Origin: Porphyridium purpureum
Taxonomy: Eukaryota
Length of the DNA: 64,000 bases
Direction: 5' to 3'
Assembly (NCBI GenBank): GCA_008690995.1
Contig: VRMN01000001.1
Span: forward strand, 2,418,001 to 2,482,000
This document shows positions 22,401-32,258 of the stretch, piece by piece. The stretch's first letter is position 1. Every line of letters begins with the position of its first letter. The position numbers were made by a program, and so were the translations under genes. The notes under the pieces were generated by a model. It had not been told where the DNA came from. It worked only from the letters and a program-made list of their open reading frames with translations, and did not search any database.

Positions 22401-23126
22401 AAATAGCTCGTACACGATGATGCCAAAGGACCAAATATCCACGCGCTCGTCGTACGGCTGGCAGCGGATGATCTCCGGGGCCATGTACTGCGGGGTGCCG
22501 CACGGTGTTCTGAGAATCGTATCGACCTCAATTGTATAGAATGCGAGTCCAAAGTCCGTAAGCTTGAGTGGCGCATCCGGGTGAGCGTCCCTCTTGTTCG
22601 CAAACATCCAGTTCATGGGAGTAATGTCGCGGTGCGCGACGCCAACTCTGTGACAGAACGCGAGCGCATCAATCATGGCCTTGGCAAGCTTCGCAATGTC
22701 AACCTCGCTAAGGCCATGCTTGGGAAACGCACTAAGGGGCTCGCCGTCGAGAAGTTCCAAAACCAAGAACACATTCTCGGCGTCTTCGAACACCTCGAAC
22801 AGGCGGACCACATTGCGATGACGCTGGGTTGCCATGATGCGATATGTGTACACCTCACGCAGAATCATCTTATCAATATCCTTCTGCCGCTCGGCGTCGT
22901 CGCGCTGGACCTTGCGAATGATCTTGACGGCCGCAAACACGCCCGGGCGCTTCTTCAGCTCGGCGCGCTTCACCGTTGCAAACGAGCCCTCGCCCGTCTT
23001 CTCCAGGAGCCTCCATTTCGCCTCGAGCTGTCCCTTGCGATAAAAGTCCCCGCTGGCGTGCTGAATCCGATCGCTGTGCTCCTTGTACAACCCCATCAAC
23101 TCATCCATCACCTTCCGCCGAGCCAT
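19461..23126 (-). CDS. CAMK-group Ser/Thr protein kinase with ~900-aa low-complexity C-terminal tail
   Basis: GEGSFATV, AAVKII, HRNVVRLFEVFED, HRDITPMN, LTDFGLA, CGTPQYMAPE, DIWSFG. First ATG is at 23126. Confidence 0.9.
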   Translation of the reverse strand: MARRKVMDELMGLYKEHSDRIQHASGDFYRKGQLEAKWRLLEKTGEGSFATVKRAELKKRPGVFAAVKIIRKVQRDDAERQKDIDKMILREVYTYRIMATQRHRNVVRLFEVFEDAENVFLVLELLDGEPLSAFPKHGLSEVDIAKLAKAMIDALAFCHRVGVAHRDITPMNWMFANKRDAHPDAPLKLTDFGLAFYTIEVDTILRTPCGTPQYMAPEIIRCQPYDERVDIWSFGIIVYELFLGETPFHAEDETATLRKIKYVDINWEDERWNKYSPEARSFVQAILIKEPETRPRATQVRCHAWMVKHVGQPRSNLYFQRVKTSHGADSKYSELRQDTVRDDVEISSGGRVLQHKVSNDGLFKPGDYNFDLSDPSVDIPPRHSDGSTSAANLPAHLLIRINTDSSRQRVMSPRGNDPAAANWQGAIIANLLDSESQVGVESPDAATGLGLARAGSSTSSKKSKKKEQPIGGLLASLASVGKKRMSDSSSPFGKAHASPSSASPVPRAGAVSTPAETQVSVDDRSLDLSGLNAGVAVRPLQTQQDLKRESQRQAENTTQHGSAAEGPSSKTNPSSGVSRSSDGVGAATTGITSVATGPSAEAPQYENVIEVSDEDIVPLERNRSVHEQRQAPAATAQTLRRSAKGSAVQSRLPSTGSDRSFVTAASNARFTSVDSVLKYADADEEEDVPHDETPLMVPKRAVGVPDLQPQGSAAKNPGMVLGAAQAIGWGNSRMPKPQTPVLPPSSSEQAPGEQKADVAPSKMDAAWASAVRSPPRMSSPEKQREKMELGAVGADDAEGSGNFEAQDSKSEDSVFEGGRDEIQSLLRGGSVALSEIKEPSIKSGVLSPRSEDVSKISVVARARRWDSTSVSEDLDAKDGKVGLDEDDLMRKVPDRLTAGSDAPIEKDGIESVSRAASNDSALTEGTMGARDASGKTTVSSATAAHTSSGRNTRGRTLSRQIENSSAKMSSFSEKISGRFRASSNGSRTPRHDGIRDDDDALNSLKGLGPTAERDPSDCGIGATAPSKDGRQTGMLNLRGSKRTSKESGPGKPAQMISGIFGGKVRASDDAAVGVHSEGINNDSSWIHPRSVTSSQSASVPVNGNEAGLAGGGASVADAVSPRGGGKSRGFFGVVPRGRTESHRAANRTSSAATDGQDGPMLSESSEAGRGVSDGSPSPSLPTALQQPKISAVGKKLSSSITSGFKSMVNVNKGGRKDPIVR

Positions 23127-23420
23127 CTTGTCCGCATCAGCATGAACACCATTGCCTCGCCACACCCCCACCTCCTTCCCTCCCTCTCCTCTTCCCTGAA
23201 CCCCCCTTCACAACCGCGACCACGCCGCACGACGCCTCCCTCGCACGCGCTTCTCTCTCCGTTCCCCCACCTTCTTCCCACTGCCCGGCTCGTGTCTCCG
23301 TCTTGTGTCTGCCGCCTCGCGCCTTACGCATCCTCACGCAAGAACGCGCGCATTAGCTCCTTCCTAGCTAAAAGTTCATTCCAATCACATTCACCAACGC
23401 CACCCGTAGAAACAAGCATC

Positions 23421-23500
23421 CACTGTACACCCTTCCTTTCAGCCACCGTACACCCATCCCTTTCAGTCACTGTACACCCACCAATGTGTGGTCACTGTAC
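23421..23500. repeat. Four imperfect ~24-bp tandem units beginning CACYGTAC in the divergent kinase promoter
   Basis: Units start at 23421, 23444, 23468 and 23493 (cactgtacacccttcctttcagc / caccgtacacccatccctttcagt / cactgtacaccc... / cactgtac). Confidence 0.75.
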
Positions 23501-23847
23501 CGTTTCTGATGGGGCTCGGAGGGGGATGGAGCCCGCGTGCGATGTTCTGCATCAAAGTGGCGTTATTTCTAGTCATGTTTCTGTAGGGCCGAGCACTCAG
23601 AAGGGCGCATGAGAAAAGGAATGTTTGGATTCATAATGTGAGGAGGTGGCTGCGCACACGCCAACACGTTAGTGGCCGGCCGTCCACCACGCTGCGGCGC
23701 GTGTGGCGTGCGCGTGGCAGCGGGTGGCTGAAGCAAGTGAATGAGCGTGCGCCGCCGCTGGGTTGGTTCCGGTCTAGACGGGCTCGTCGCGGTCGGTGGA
23801 TTGCGCGGGCAGCCGCCCTGAGTCGCGTCGGTGACGAAAAGCTCGCC

Positions 23848-25797
23848 ATGGCGGGCGCAGAGCACCCACTGCAGCAGCAGGATGCGGTGGAAGAGCTGGT
23901 GTTTGACGAGCTCCATTTTGGAAGTCTGAGCCTGCACGGTAGCCGCGAAGGCTCAAAGACAAAGGATGCCGAGGGTCGCACTGGCGCGGAACGTTCGGCG
24001 GCAAACTCTGGGCACTCGCTGCACGGAGGCTCTGGCAAGATTAGCTCGGCACTCGACGTGAATAAGCACCAAAGAGCACGCGCTCTCGACACAACTCTAG
24101 TTTCCGAACTACGACCACCGCGCCCGCAGTCGTCGGCGTCGCGGCTGGATTCCTTCCGGATGGTTCGGCTCATTGGAAAGGGCGGATTCGGTAAAGTGTA
24201 TCTGGTCGTACACGTACCCACGTCGGGCGCGTATGCCATGAAGGTGATGCGAAAGGACAAACTGGTACAAGGGAACGACGTCAAAATGGCGCAAACTGAG
24301 CGCAATGTCATGGCGCTGTTGACACTGAAGCAACATGCAGACGAGGAGCAGACGCGACCATTTGTGGTGCGCCTCTTCTGTGCGTTCCAGACAAAGTATC
24401 GGCTCTATCTTGTCATGGACTACATTAACGGCGGCGAGCTTACCTATCATCTCAAACGTGAGCGCATGTTCTCCGAGGAGCATGTGCGCTTTTATGCGGC
24501 CCAAATCGTGCTGGCCATCGAGTTCCTTCACTCCCATGGCGTGCTTCATCGTGACCTCAAGCCGGAGAATGTACTACTCGACCGCTTTGGAAACGCAATG
24601 CTCACAGATTTTGGACTCGCGAAAGAAAATTTTATCGACCTCACCCACTCCTGGTGCGGTACCGAGGACTACATTGCTCCTGAAATCGTGGCAAACGAAG
24701 GCCACGGTGAGGCAGCTGACTGGTTCTCGCTGGGGGCTCTACTTTATGACATGATGACGGGCTCGCCACCTTTCTATGATAAGAAACAGAGCCGCGCACA
24801 GCTGCATCAACGCATTTTGCGCGCAAAGTTCAAGCTTCCGAGCTATATGTCGTCTGAGGGGCATAGTCTCTTGAAAGCGCTTATGAAACGTGACCCAGCC
24901 GAGCGTCTGTGCCGCGCGGCAGACGTCAAAAAGCATCCGTGGTTTCGCCGCATAAATTGGAGGCTGATGGAGAGACGTGAGGTACCGGCGCCCATCTGCG
25001 TCATCCCGGCTGAAAAAGTGGAGCTCTCGCCGACTGCCGCGCTCCACTTGTCCCCCTCGCTCATGAGCAAGGTAATCTCACCGCAAATGGTTACGCCTCC
25101 AGACTTCGTCAGCTATCTCGGCACAGTGGACGCGAACGGTGGCGCAGGGCAGATGGGAACATCGAGTGACCGCGATCATTTTGAAGGATTTTCATTTGTA
25201 GCACCTGGCTTGCAATCGTGGTTTCAAGGCTCGTCTCCGATGCTTGGAAGTCCTGAGCGAGCGGCATCAATGAGCAGGTGGGGGGAAGAAGAAGATCGGC
25301 CTCATGAGAGCAACAGCCCGGCCAAATTTGTTGTGGAGGGATGCTTGCCGCGTCTTCAAATGTCTCTGGATGAAATCGTGCAGAGCAAACACGAGCAGCT
25401 TGATAATCTGCAAGGCTCGAACAAGCCGGCCGTGCACACTGATTTGGATTTGCATCGGTCGCTCGCAGAAGCAGCCACACAGCCGGAGCAGCTGCAAGGG
25501 CAGAGTTCGGCGTCAAGCTGTGTCGCAGATGTAACAGCGAGATCAACATTTACATTCGTTGTCAGCCCAACGGTACCAACCAGCACCGAGACTGGCTGCG
25601 GGACGTCTGGATGGGGTTCACACCAGCCACGCACAAAGCCCACGTCGCTTGGAATCCCGATTCTACCCGAGGGAGAACTTCATCCTCTGGAACGCGAGAT
25701 CTGCGACGATATGCTTGAGGCTGTCCAGATCATGCCGCTGGAACTGGAATCGAGCTCGGTGACAGGTTTGTCGGAGCATCACTCCCCGCTTTCATGA
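23848..25797 (+). CDS. S6K: AGC kinase, ribosomal protein S6 kinase-like
   Basis: IGKGGFGKVYLV, YAMKVMRK, AFQTKYRLYLVMDYINGGEL, HRDLKPEN, LTDFGLAKE, WCGTEDYIAPE, HPWFRRINW and hydrophobic motif FEGFSF. ATG 23848 is in a gccATGG context. Confidence 0.9.
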   Translation: MAGAEHPLQQQDAVEELVFDELHFGSLSLHGSREGSKTKDAEGRTGAERSAANSGHSLHGGSGKISSALDVNKHQRARALDTTLVSELRPPRPQSSASRLDSFRMVRLIGKGGFGKVYLVVHVPTSGAYAMKVMRKDKLVQGNDVKMAQTERNVMALLTLKQHADEEQTRPFVVRLFCAFQTKYRLYLVMDYINGGELTYHLKRERMFSEEHVRFYAAQIVLAIEFLHSHGVLHRDLKPENVLLDRFGNAMLTDFGLAKENFIDLTHSWCGTEDYIAPEIVANEGHGEAADWFSLGALLYDMMTGSPPFYDKKQSRAQLHQRILRAKFKLPSYMSSEGHSLLKALMKRDPAERLCRAADVKKHPWFRRINWRLMERREVPAPICVIPAEKVELSPTAALHLSPSLMSKVISPQMVTPPDFVSYLGTVDANGGAGQMGTSSDRDHFEGFSFVAPGLQSWFQGSSPMLGSPERAASMSRWGEEEDRPHESNSPAKFVVEGCLPRLQMSLDEIVQSKHEQLDNLQGSNKPAVHTDLDLHRSLAEAATQPEQLQGQSSASSCVADVTARSTFTFVVSPTVPTSTETGCGTSGWGSHQPRTKPTSLGIPILPEGELHPLEREICDDMLEAVQIMPLELESSSVTGLSEHHSPLS

Positions 25798-26317
25798 AAA
25801 TGGAAGATTCAAAAGTACAGCTATGTTGTACCTCTATGTTTCGGAGGGATGCTGACGTGGATGTTCTCGGACCGATGAAGGGATGTCAGCTTCGCGCTAA
25901 ACCGCAGCTGAATTCTGCAGGCACTCGTGTTCGACAGGAATACGCCACGGCATTGCGCATTAAGTTTATGCCCAGTCAGGCCGCTTCCCCCCACCCACAC
26001 TCACACTCATGATCGAATGTCTTTGGGATCGAAAGAGGACAACGCGATACGCAACCTTGGCGCAAACTTTGCCGTCGACAAGGGGTTAGCGTGATGAGCG
26101 GGTGGCGCCCACGTGGGTGAGTGAATGCCTGGGTGAGTCTGTGCGCCAGAAGAGATCATGCACGAGATTCCAGTGTGCAGGCGATAAAGGTAGCCGTGCT
26201 ACGGCTCGCATGACTCCGTCACACGGTTCGGGCCGGATCACAGAATCGCGTTGCGGGCAGTGCAGGCCAGACAACAGGGAAGGCCAAGTCCGTCGATACA
26301 AGCCGAGCCCGTCAACG

Positions 26318-26533
26318 ATGAATCAGGAAGAAATGTGTTTCTCAGCCTCTTCGAACGCCAGCTCTTCCGAGAACTTTTGCCACGATACGCGCCGCGAAGA
26401 GTCGCATGATCATGGCTGTAGCGCCCCTGCAGGTCGGGTGGGACGGCCACGAACGCGTGATCCACGTGCCGCAGCGCGCCGACGAGGTCGGCGGCGAGAC
26501 CACGCGCCTGTAGTCGTGCGGAATGCGCAGTAA
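26318..26533 (+). CDS. Putative microprotein, family A copy 1 (71 aa)
   Basis: MNQEEMCF...RVGRPRTRDPRAAARRRGRRRDHAPVVVRNAQ. Motif shared with 27157 and 28693; an AT-rich 3' flank follows the stop. Confidence 0.6.
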   Translation: MNQEEMCFSASSNASSSENFCHDTRREESHDHGCSAPAGRVGRPRTRDPRAAARRRGRRRDHAPVVVRNAQ

Positions 26534-27046
26534 ACATAAAATTTTTTTTCAGTATGTTTGTGGCATCGAGATTACGATCTTCCATGCAGCGCCACAATGG
26601 AACACCTGGCGTGAACACAAAGCCCCCGCACGAGACTCGCAAAGCAAACCAAGGCCCACCACGAGGACCGTCGGCGCGAGCTGTAAACGACCGCATATGG
26701 TACAGTTTAGGTGAGTCACTGTACGATACAGATCGTAACGTGCTCTGCTGACCGTGATCGATCGCTGGCGGCTGCTGACCGGGATCGAGCCTGACGCTTT
26801 GGGGTGCACGCGACGAGGGGAGCGACAACGGAGTCATGAGGATTTTACATTGACTTTTCATCTCGAGAGACCGCTGGTTCTGATGGTGGTCGGCCGCGCA
26901 GCATACGCCTCGCAGGCTTTGTATCGGGCGCGGGTGAGCGCGTGGGATCGTGGATGGGCAGACAGGCCGGTGATTCAGATGAAAATTCCCCGCCGGGCGC
27001 CAAACATTCGAAGCCGAGAGTGGTCGCAGCCCAACTTCGTACGGCC

Positions 27047-27053
27047 TATAAAA
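27047..27053 (+). promoter_or_regulatory. TATA box of microprotein family A copy 2
   Basis: TATAAAA 110 bp upstream of ATG 27157. Confidence 0.55.
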
Positions 27054-27156
27054 GCAGCACCCGGTCCCGTCGTTCCGCACCTCCCGTACCATGCAAACAG
27101 CAGGTGCTAGAGACGACGCATGACGGCACGCGTTCAGAGTGAAAGAAGCAGTAGTC

Positions 27157-27381
27157 ATGGCGCCAGAAGCGACAGCCCTCCACCAACAGCAGAAGGTGGA
27201 TGAGTCATGCCCGTGCGCCGAGGCGGGAAAGTGTCCGGCTGAACCAGAACGCGATCTGAACCGATTATTGATTACCGCTCGGGGACGTCCACGAAGCAGA
27301 GAATCACAGGCAGCGCTGGCAAAGCGACGAAGGCAGTTGAAGGAGCATGCGCCCCTGGTGATTCGGAAACCGTGCGCATAA
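27157..27381 (+). CDS. Putative microprotein, family A copy 2 (74 aa), AT-hook-like RGRPR
   Basis: gtcATGG start; ...ARGRPRSRESQAALAKRRRQLKEHAPLVIRKPCA; TATA upstream and T-rich 3' flank. Confidence 0.65.
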   Translation: MAPEATALHQQQKVDESCPCAEAGKCPAEPERDLNRLLITARGRPRSRESQAALAKRRRQLKEHAPLVIRKPCA

Positions 27382-28590
27382 TCGCGCGCCATAGGCTAGT
27401 GTTTTTTTTGGTTGTATATGTTTTGACAAACGCACCAGCTTGGATATCGTTAAACGGAAGTAGCAGATGAATGAAAACCGCGTCCAAACCTTATCGCGGT
27501 GCACGCGAGCTAAGTTGCCAAACCATCCAACTTCTGCACGTACCTACGGTCTGCGGGTCGCGGGCCGTGCGCGCTGCCAGGAGCCGTGCTGGCACGTGGA
27601 GCTGTCGCCTCAGACAAAGCCACTGAACGAAAGAACCTCAGCCGTGGGAAGTCAACATTCGCAAGAAAAGTGGAGTGGTAGTCTGATCAGAATTCGATGG
27701 CGCCGCGAAAACGACGTAGGGTCTTTGGACGCGCTACTGGATGTGTTGTGCGGCGAGTAGGTGTTTGTCCAAAACTTGTGCTTACTCGAGAGTCAGCTTG
27801 AAGTCGAAGTTTGGCTGCGGCGCTCGAGAGCGTCGCCTGGCTTGCCGGGAATGCGCGATGTGATTTTGGCACCTCCGAATTTGACATGTGAGAGGCCTCC
27901 AATCAGCATGAAACCGTGTGGGAATTCCATCCCGGCCCGTCACGCACATCCTAGTGGATTTTGTGCACCGTACCTCCAAGTGACCTTTATTCGCCACACA
28001 AAAAGGGCATATAAAAATAGAGGTGTTCAGGTGGAGGAACCGGTTGCAAGCAGCACACCTGTGGAAAAACGACGCTTGCAGGGCATGCCAGAAAGCTGTA
28101 CTTCGGTGGTTGCGGTCAACTGTACCGTGCGAAAACCTGCTTTGAATTAGAAAGTGGCTTGGCGTCCGGAGATGATGAGGCGCACAGCCGACCGTGCTTT
28201 GCGACGTTTCAAGGCGCAGGCGCTTTGTCGCGGCTACGTAATCGGTACCGCCAGGACACCACGATCTGAGGATGTGAACCGCGGGTGCCCTGCTGATGAG
28301 GAAGCAAAGACAAGCGTTGCGTCTTCTGTAAGCGCATTCCGCCCGCTCACCCCGCGCACTCCGATGGCGTGTCCGGCAAGACTGCCAGGTCTGCCATGGC
28401 CGTCGCCATACTTGCACGCGTGCACCCAGCGGAGCAATAAGGTCGCTCGAGAACGTTGACGTTTGGGTGTTGTTGACTAGGATGCGTCCGTCGAAGCGGC
28501 GCACTAGCGGAGGAGGATGAACTTCTGGATGTCTCAGCCACTTCCGCACTGTCGGCTCGACGTTCTTCTTTCCAGCTTACTTTTACGCGG

Positions 28591-28596
28591 TATAAA
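28591..28596 (+). promoter_or_regulatory. TATA box of microprotein family A copy 3
   Basis: TATAAA 102 bp upstream of ATG 28693. Confidence 0.5.
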
Positions 28597-28692
28597 TCCT
28601 GTCGGACGAAAGCAAAGTCTTGTCGAGACCAAGGCACGGGTGGGGAAAGTCGTCACAGTTGTAGCCGGAATCTGTATCGCGAGAAACTTGAA

Positions 28693-28929
28693 ATGGATCG
28701 CTGCGTTCTGCCGCTTGAGGAGTCTTTGGAGAAGCTATTTACATCGTCGCAAACAAGAGTCGAATCTGACGATTCTGGCCTGAGACAAACGGGGCGCTCC
28801 GTTGCGGGGTTCGAAGAGGTAAGAAGTGCCGAATTTCGAGTCGGGAGACCTCGCACTCAAGATCCGCGAGCCGCTGCTCGCCGAAGAAGCCATCTCAGAG
28901 ACCACGCGCCCGTGATGATACGAAAATGA
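28693..28929 (+). CDS. Putative microprotein, family A copy 3 (78 aa)
   Basis: aaaATGG start; ...RVGRPRTQDPRAAARRRSHLRDHAPVMIRK; 23/30 aa identical to the copy 1 motif. Confidence 0.65.
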   Translation: MDRCVLPLEESLEKLFTSSQTRVESDDSGLRQTGRSVAGFEEVRSAEFRVGRPRTQDPRAAARRRSHLRDHAPVMIRK

Positions 28930-29501
28930 TGAGTTTTCATCAAGCACTCGTATTAAGATGTAACACCTAGAGATCCAAGAATAGCATTCATTCCGAGCGC
29001 AGTTTTGATGAACATAAATCAGCTTTTCACGTTCCAATCTTGCACGAGTGCGACAACGGTAGCATGACTGGCGATGTCACTTTAGGATGCTAGCCAGAGG
29101 CCAGGTTCAAACCTCGACTCCGAGCCTGCTAAGCAGCCAGCGTGAAGACGAGCGGCCTGGCCGTCTAGCTACGACGTCGTTTCCAAAGTCCTTATGTCCA
29201 GGCCGCACATCCTGGATCCTGGGTAGAAGCACACCACGGAACGCCAAAGGCAAGTACCATGGCGTTTGCCGGATGCGCACATTTTCCAAGGTGCAAGAAT
29301 ACGGTTCGATTCAGGTTGCAGCGCACCAGCATGGTTTCAACGCTGACCGTTCACGGAATATGTCCTGAAACATTGTCCGGCACACCTCGCACGCGTATGC
29401 TGTGCACTCGCGCGCTCGCGGACGCACGACATTCTCCATCGACGCTTGTTTTCTGTGCAGCGAAATTTAGGTGGCTTTTGCGGGCGGCATGGGATCATCG
29501 T

Positions 29502-29509
29502 TTTCGCGC
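29502..29509 (+). promoter_or_regulatory. E2F-type site TTTCGCGC
   Basis: Exact TTTSSCGC match 100 bp upstream of the DONSON-like ATG. Confidence 0.4.
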
Positions 29510-29601
29510 GGACGCGAATCGACGTTTTGATGAGGTCGGCTGCTCTGTGTAGAGCCACGACAATCTGACGGACTGAAGGAGCATTCCATCCAGCCGACAG
29601 C

Positions 29602-31053
29602 ATGTCGCAGTCACAGCACGCACCAACGCCGATGGAGCTGAAGCGGCTCAGCAAACAGCGGCGGCAGCAGGCGAGCCAAGTTGGCGCCGACATGTGCGCG
29701 AACGGCGCTGCAGCGGGTACCGCTACCAATGGCACTTTCAGCGTGTCCCGGGCGGTGCAGCTTGCAAATGCCAGTGCAGATTCTCACGCGAACGAATGGG
29801 CGCTCATGTCTAACACCATATCCAATTTTTGTGCACCTGAAGACACGCGGCAAGCTGGTAGTCCGGCGCTCGATGCACTGGGCAACGGAACTGCGGACGG
29901 TTCAGACGTGAAGGAATGGGATCCCAGCGCGGAGGGCAGGCTGGATGTGCACGCAGACGAACGCTTGCTCGAGTCGTGTGAATATGCGTACGCGGGGAGG
30001 TCGCTCGAGTCATTACGATATCGGGTCCGTCCGGCCACATTCCGAGCTGCGTTTGCAGCCATTGCGTCAAGTGGTGGCGTGGCTTCCTCACTCGCCGACT
30101 TCAACTGTGCTCGTGATTCTGGCCGTCAGATAAGGGACCAGCTGGAGACAGCCATGTATCTGGCGAGAATACAGTTCCGATACCCAATGGGCATGCCAGA
30201 CGAAACACAAGCAAAACTGTGGAGAAGATTTTGGCAGGGCGAGCGCGCGGCAACTCTGGGTGAAGATTTCATGCGATTGGCGCACGAGCGCGTGGATGAG
30301 TGGCAAGAGGCGCTACGTAGTGTCCTGTTGATGCTGCGTGGCCTGGCACAAGAATATCATGAACGCGTTGACGGTGGCGGCGAGAGCGCTGTGCGGGAAA
30401 ATGCGTGCTGTATATTTCTCGGAGGTAGCATTCTGGATGTGCGCGAGTCAGTGAATCCGGACGAGCAAGTGCATGCCGCATGGCATAATGCGCCCGCCGC
30501 AGTGAAAGTACTGCTCGAAAGTGGTCACGATGTGCTGGAGGGTATAGAGGTGGAGGCACGGAGCACAGGCAGAATTAACCTGCGTGTGCGCGGCGCACAC
30601 GCTGTGCATGCGCTCATCGAACTGGTGCAGGGACACACGAGCGTCGCCATGGGGATCAGCATGACCGACGCAACCGCGCGCGAGGCATCCGTGAGCGCGA
30701 CAGCAAATGTTAGTACTCGTAGAGAGGACGTACCGCTCATACTCAGTGATGTACCATTTCCGAAAGCCACCATCAGCCTGGCTCCCATCAAGGGCCCGCG
30801 CCCAGTGCACGTCGCAAGTTATGGTTCCGCGACCGCCCGGACGTACCAAACCTTGCTCATTGACGGGCCCATTCGAGCGCAGCATGCAGACGCGTTTGCC
30901 TCGGCGCTGTCAGGTCTCCTGTACTTTGACAGTATAGATTTTGACGACCACGCTGGCTTGGATGCGACATCGGACCGCGACGACAAGCCCGTGCACGCAT
31001 CGGTTCGGCGTTCGCTGCGCATCAGCGCCAGACCGTGCGCGCCGTTTACTTGA
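29602..31053 (+). CDS. DONSON: DONSON (downstream neighbour of SON)-like replisome factor
   Basis: 483-aa ORF. EWQEALRSVLLMLR, VPLILSDVPFPKATISL and YQTLLIDGPI occur in the order expected for DONSON motifs (W..SF.SLY.LL; PPTLLSPVAFRGAT; YSLEITGPI). Confidence 0.6.
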   Translation: MSQSQHAPTPMELKRLSKQRRQQASQVGADMCANGAAAGTATNGTFSVSRAVQLANASADSHANEWALMSNTISNFCAPEDTRQAGSPALDALGNGTADGSDVKEWDPSAEGRLDVHADERLLESCEYAYAGRSLESLRYRVRPATFRAAFAAIASSGGVASSLADFNCARDSGRQIRDQLETAMYLARIQFRYPMGMPDETQAKLWRRFWQGERAATLGEDFMRLAHERVDEWQEALRSVLLMLRGLAQEYHERVDGGGESAVRENACCIFLGGSILDVRESVNPDEQVHAAWHNAPAAVKVLLESGHDVLEGIEVEARSTGRINLRVRGAHAVHALIELVQGHTSVAMGISMTDATAREASVSATANVSTRREDVPLILSDVPFPKATISLAPIKGPRPVHVASYGSATARTYQTLLIDGPIRAQHADAFASALSGLLYFDSIDFDDHAGLDATSDRDDKPVHASVRRSLRISARPCAPFT

Positions 31054-32252
31054 CGCGAATGTCGAGTGGATTCGAGTAGGTTTAAAGTTCAGCGCAGTAC
31101 TCGCATCGTGCCCTTCCGTGAGAGCACAGGATCGGCGACATTACTCACACCAGTGAAATGGGAGTAGCTTGACTTGCTCCATGAATGGTACCTCGCGTCA
31201 AGTGGCCTGCTTACCTTGGCGCGGCTCTGAATTTTCTTCGTGCCTTGAGAATTATGGGAAAACCGAGAGTGAAGTTGGCGCTCTTGAGAGCGGACAGCAA
31301 TTTGTGACCCCGCTCTGGAACTTGGAAAGGCGTCCCTGCTAAACCCTCGCTGGCGGTCCGATCTGGGTAATAGTGCGAGATACGTGTGTAGAATCCCGTT
31401 TGCTCACAGCGGAGCCACGCGCCGCGAGGCATGAGTGGGCAAGCGGCAAAAATGCCGAGGATTTCGAGGATCAGGAGGAAGGCACGGAAGATTCCGGGAA
31501 TCCGCAGACTTCCCGGGCGAGGAACAGAACACGTGCCTGCCGCACGGGCGCTGGTGTCGACGACGATAATGCCGAGCCGAGCCCGCGATTTCATACCGTG
31601 GCGGACCAAACGTAGGGCAGCAGCCCGGGACGTGGAGCTGCTGATTGGGATCGGTTCGATCGCGCGTCACACACCCACACAGTCCTTTCCAGCATCCACG
31701 GCAGCCGCAAAGCCGTGAGGACCCCGTCCCACCCACCGCACCGCACCGCGTCTTTGTGGAGAGGGGGCATGTGGTAGGAGCGTCAGTCATTCATTCTGTT
31801 TTTGATGAGTAATCGTGGCCGCCGCCTTAATTCTCTTTGTGCCCGCGCGGATTTAATTCACCTTGCACCGACTTGGTGGTACGTGTCTGTCAAAATACAC
31901 CCAAAACATCATACACTCGCTGGGCTTCAATCGACACGCCGAAAATTCACAACATACGTTCTCTCTACGCACGTGTGGGTTGCACATGCCTTTTATCATA
32001 AACCAAGGCTGTTCAGATATAGACACACACAAAACGCCACAGCGATTCCCAACTAATAAAAAAAAATATCGGCTGAGCAAACCACCAAACAAAGCGTAGC
32101 AGCCGGCAGCGAATGGTTGAAAAAGTTGGATGGGATCTCGACAAGGGTTAGTTTGTTTCGCCTTTGTTTTTTGTGGGCGTGCGTGTGTGAGCTGCTGGGC
32201 AAGTGGCGAGTAAGAGGCGTGAGGAAGGAAACCGGTTGGCGGTGAGGAGGTG

Positions 32253-32258
32253 TATAAA
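32253..32258 (+). promoter_or_regulatory. TATA box
   Basis: TATAAA ~195 bp upstream of ATG 32448. Confidence 0.45.

Noticed and set aside
22581..23612. 343-aa + strand ORF
   Set aside because: Antisense to the kinase and its purine-rich leader; low complexity.
26238..27392. 384-aa - strand ORF spanning family A copies 1 and 2
   Set aside because: Substitution pattern between copies is synonymous in the + frame, and the alternative wobble-compatible - frame has a stop in copy 3.
27551..27590. RVAGRARCQEP resembling family A RVGRPRTQDP
   Set aside because: Lacks the AA-RRR-HAP half; may be chance or a heavily decayed copy.
29005..29060. EKLIYVHQN (- strand) reminiscent of a hAT transposase C-terminus
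   Set aside because: No upstream SxxxERxFS motif, terminal inverted repeats or long ORF found.
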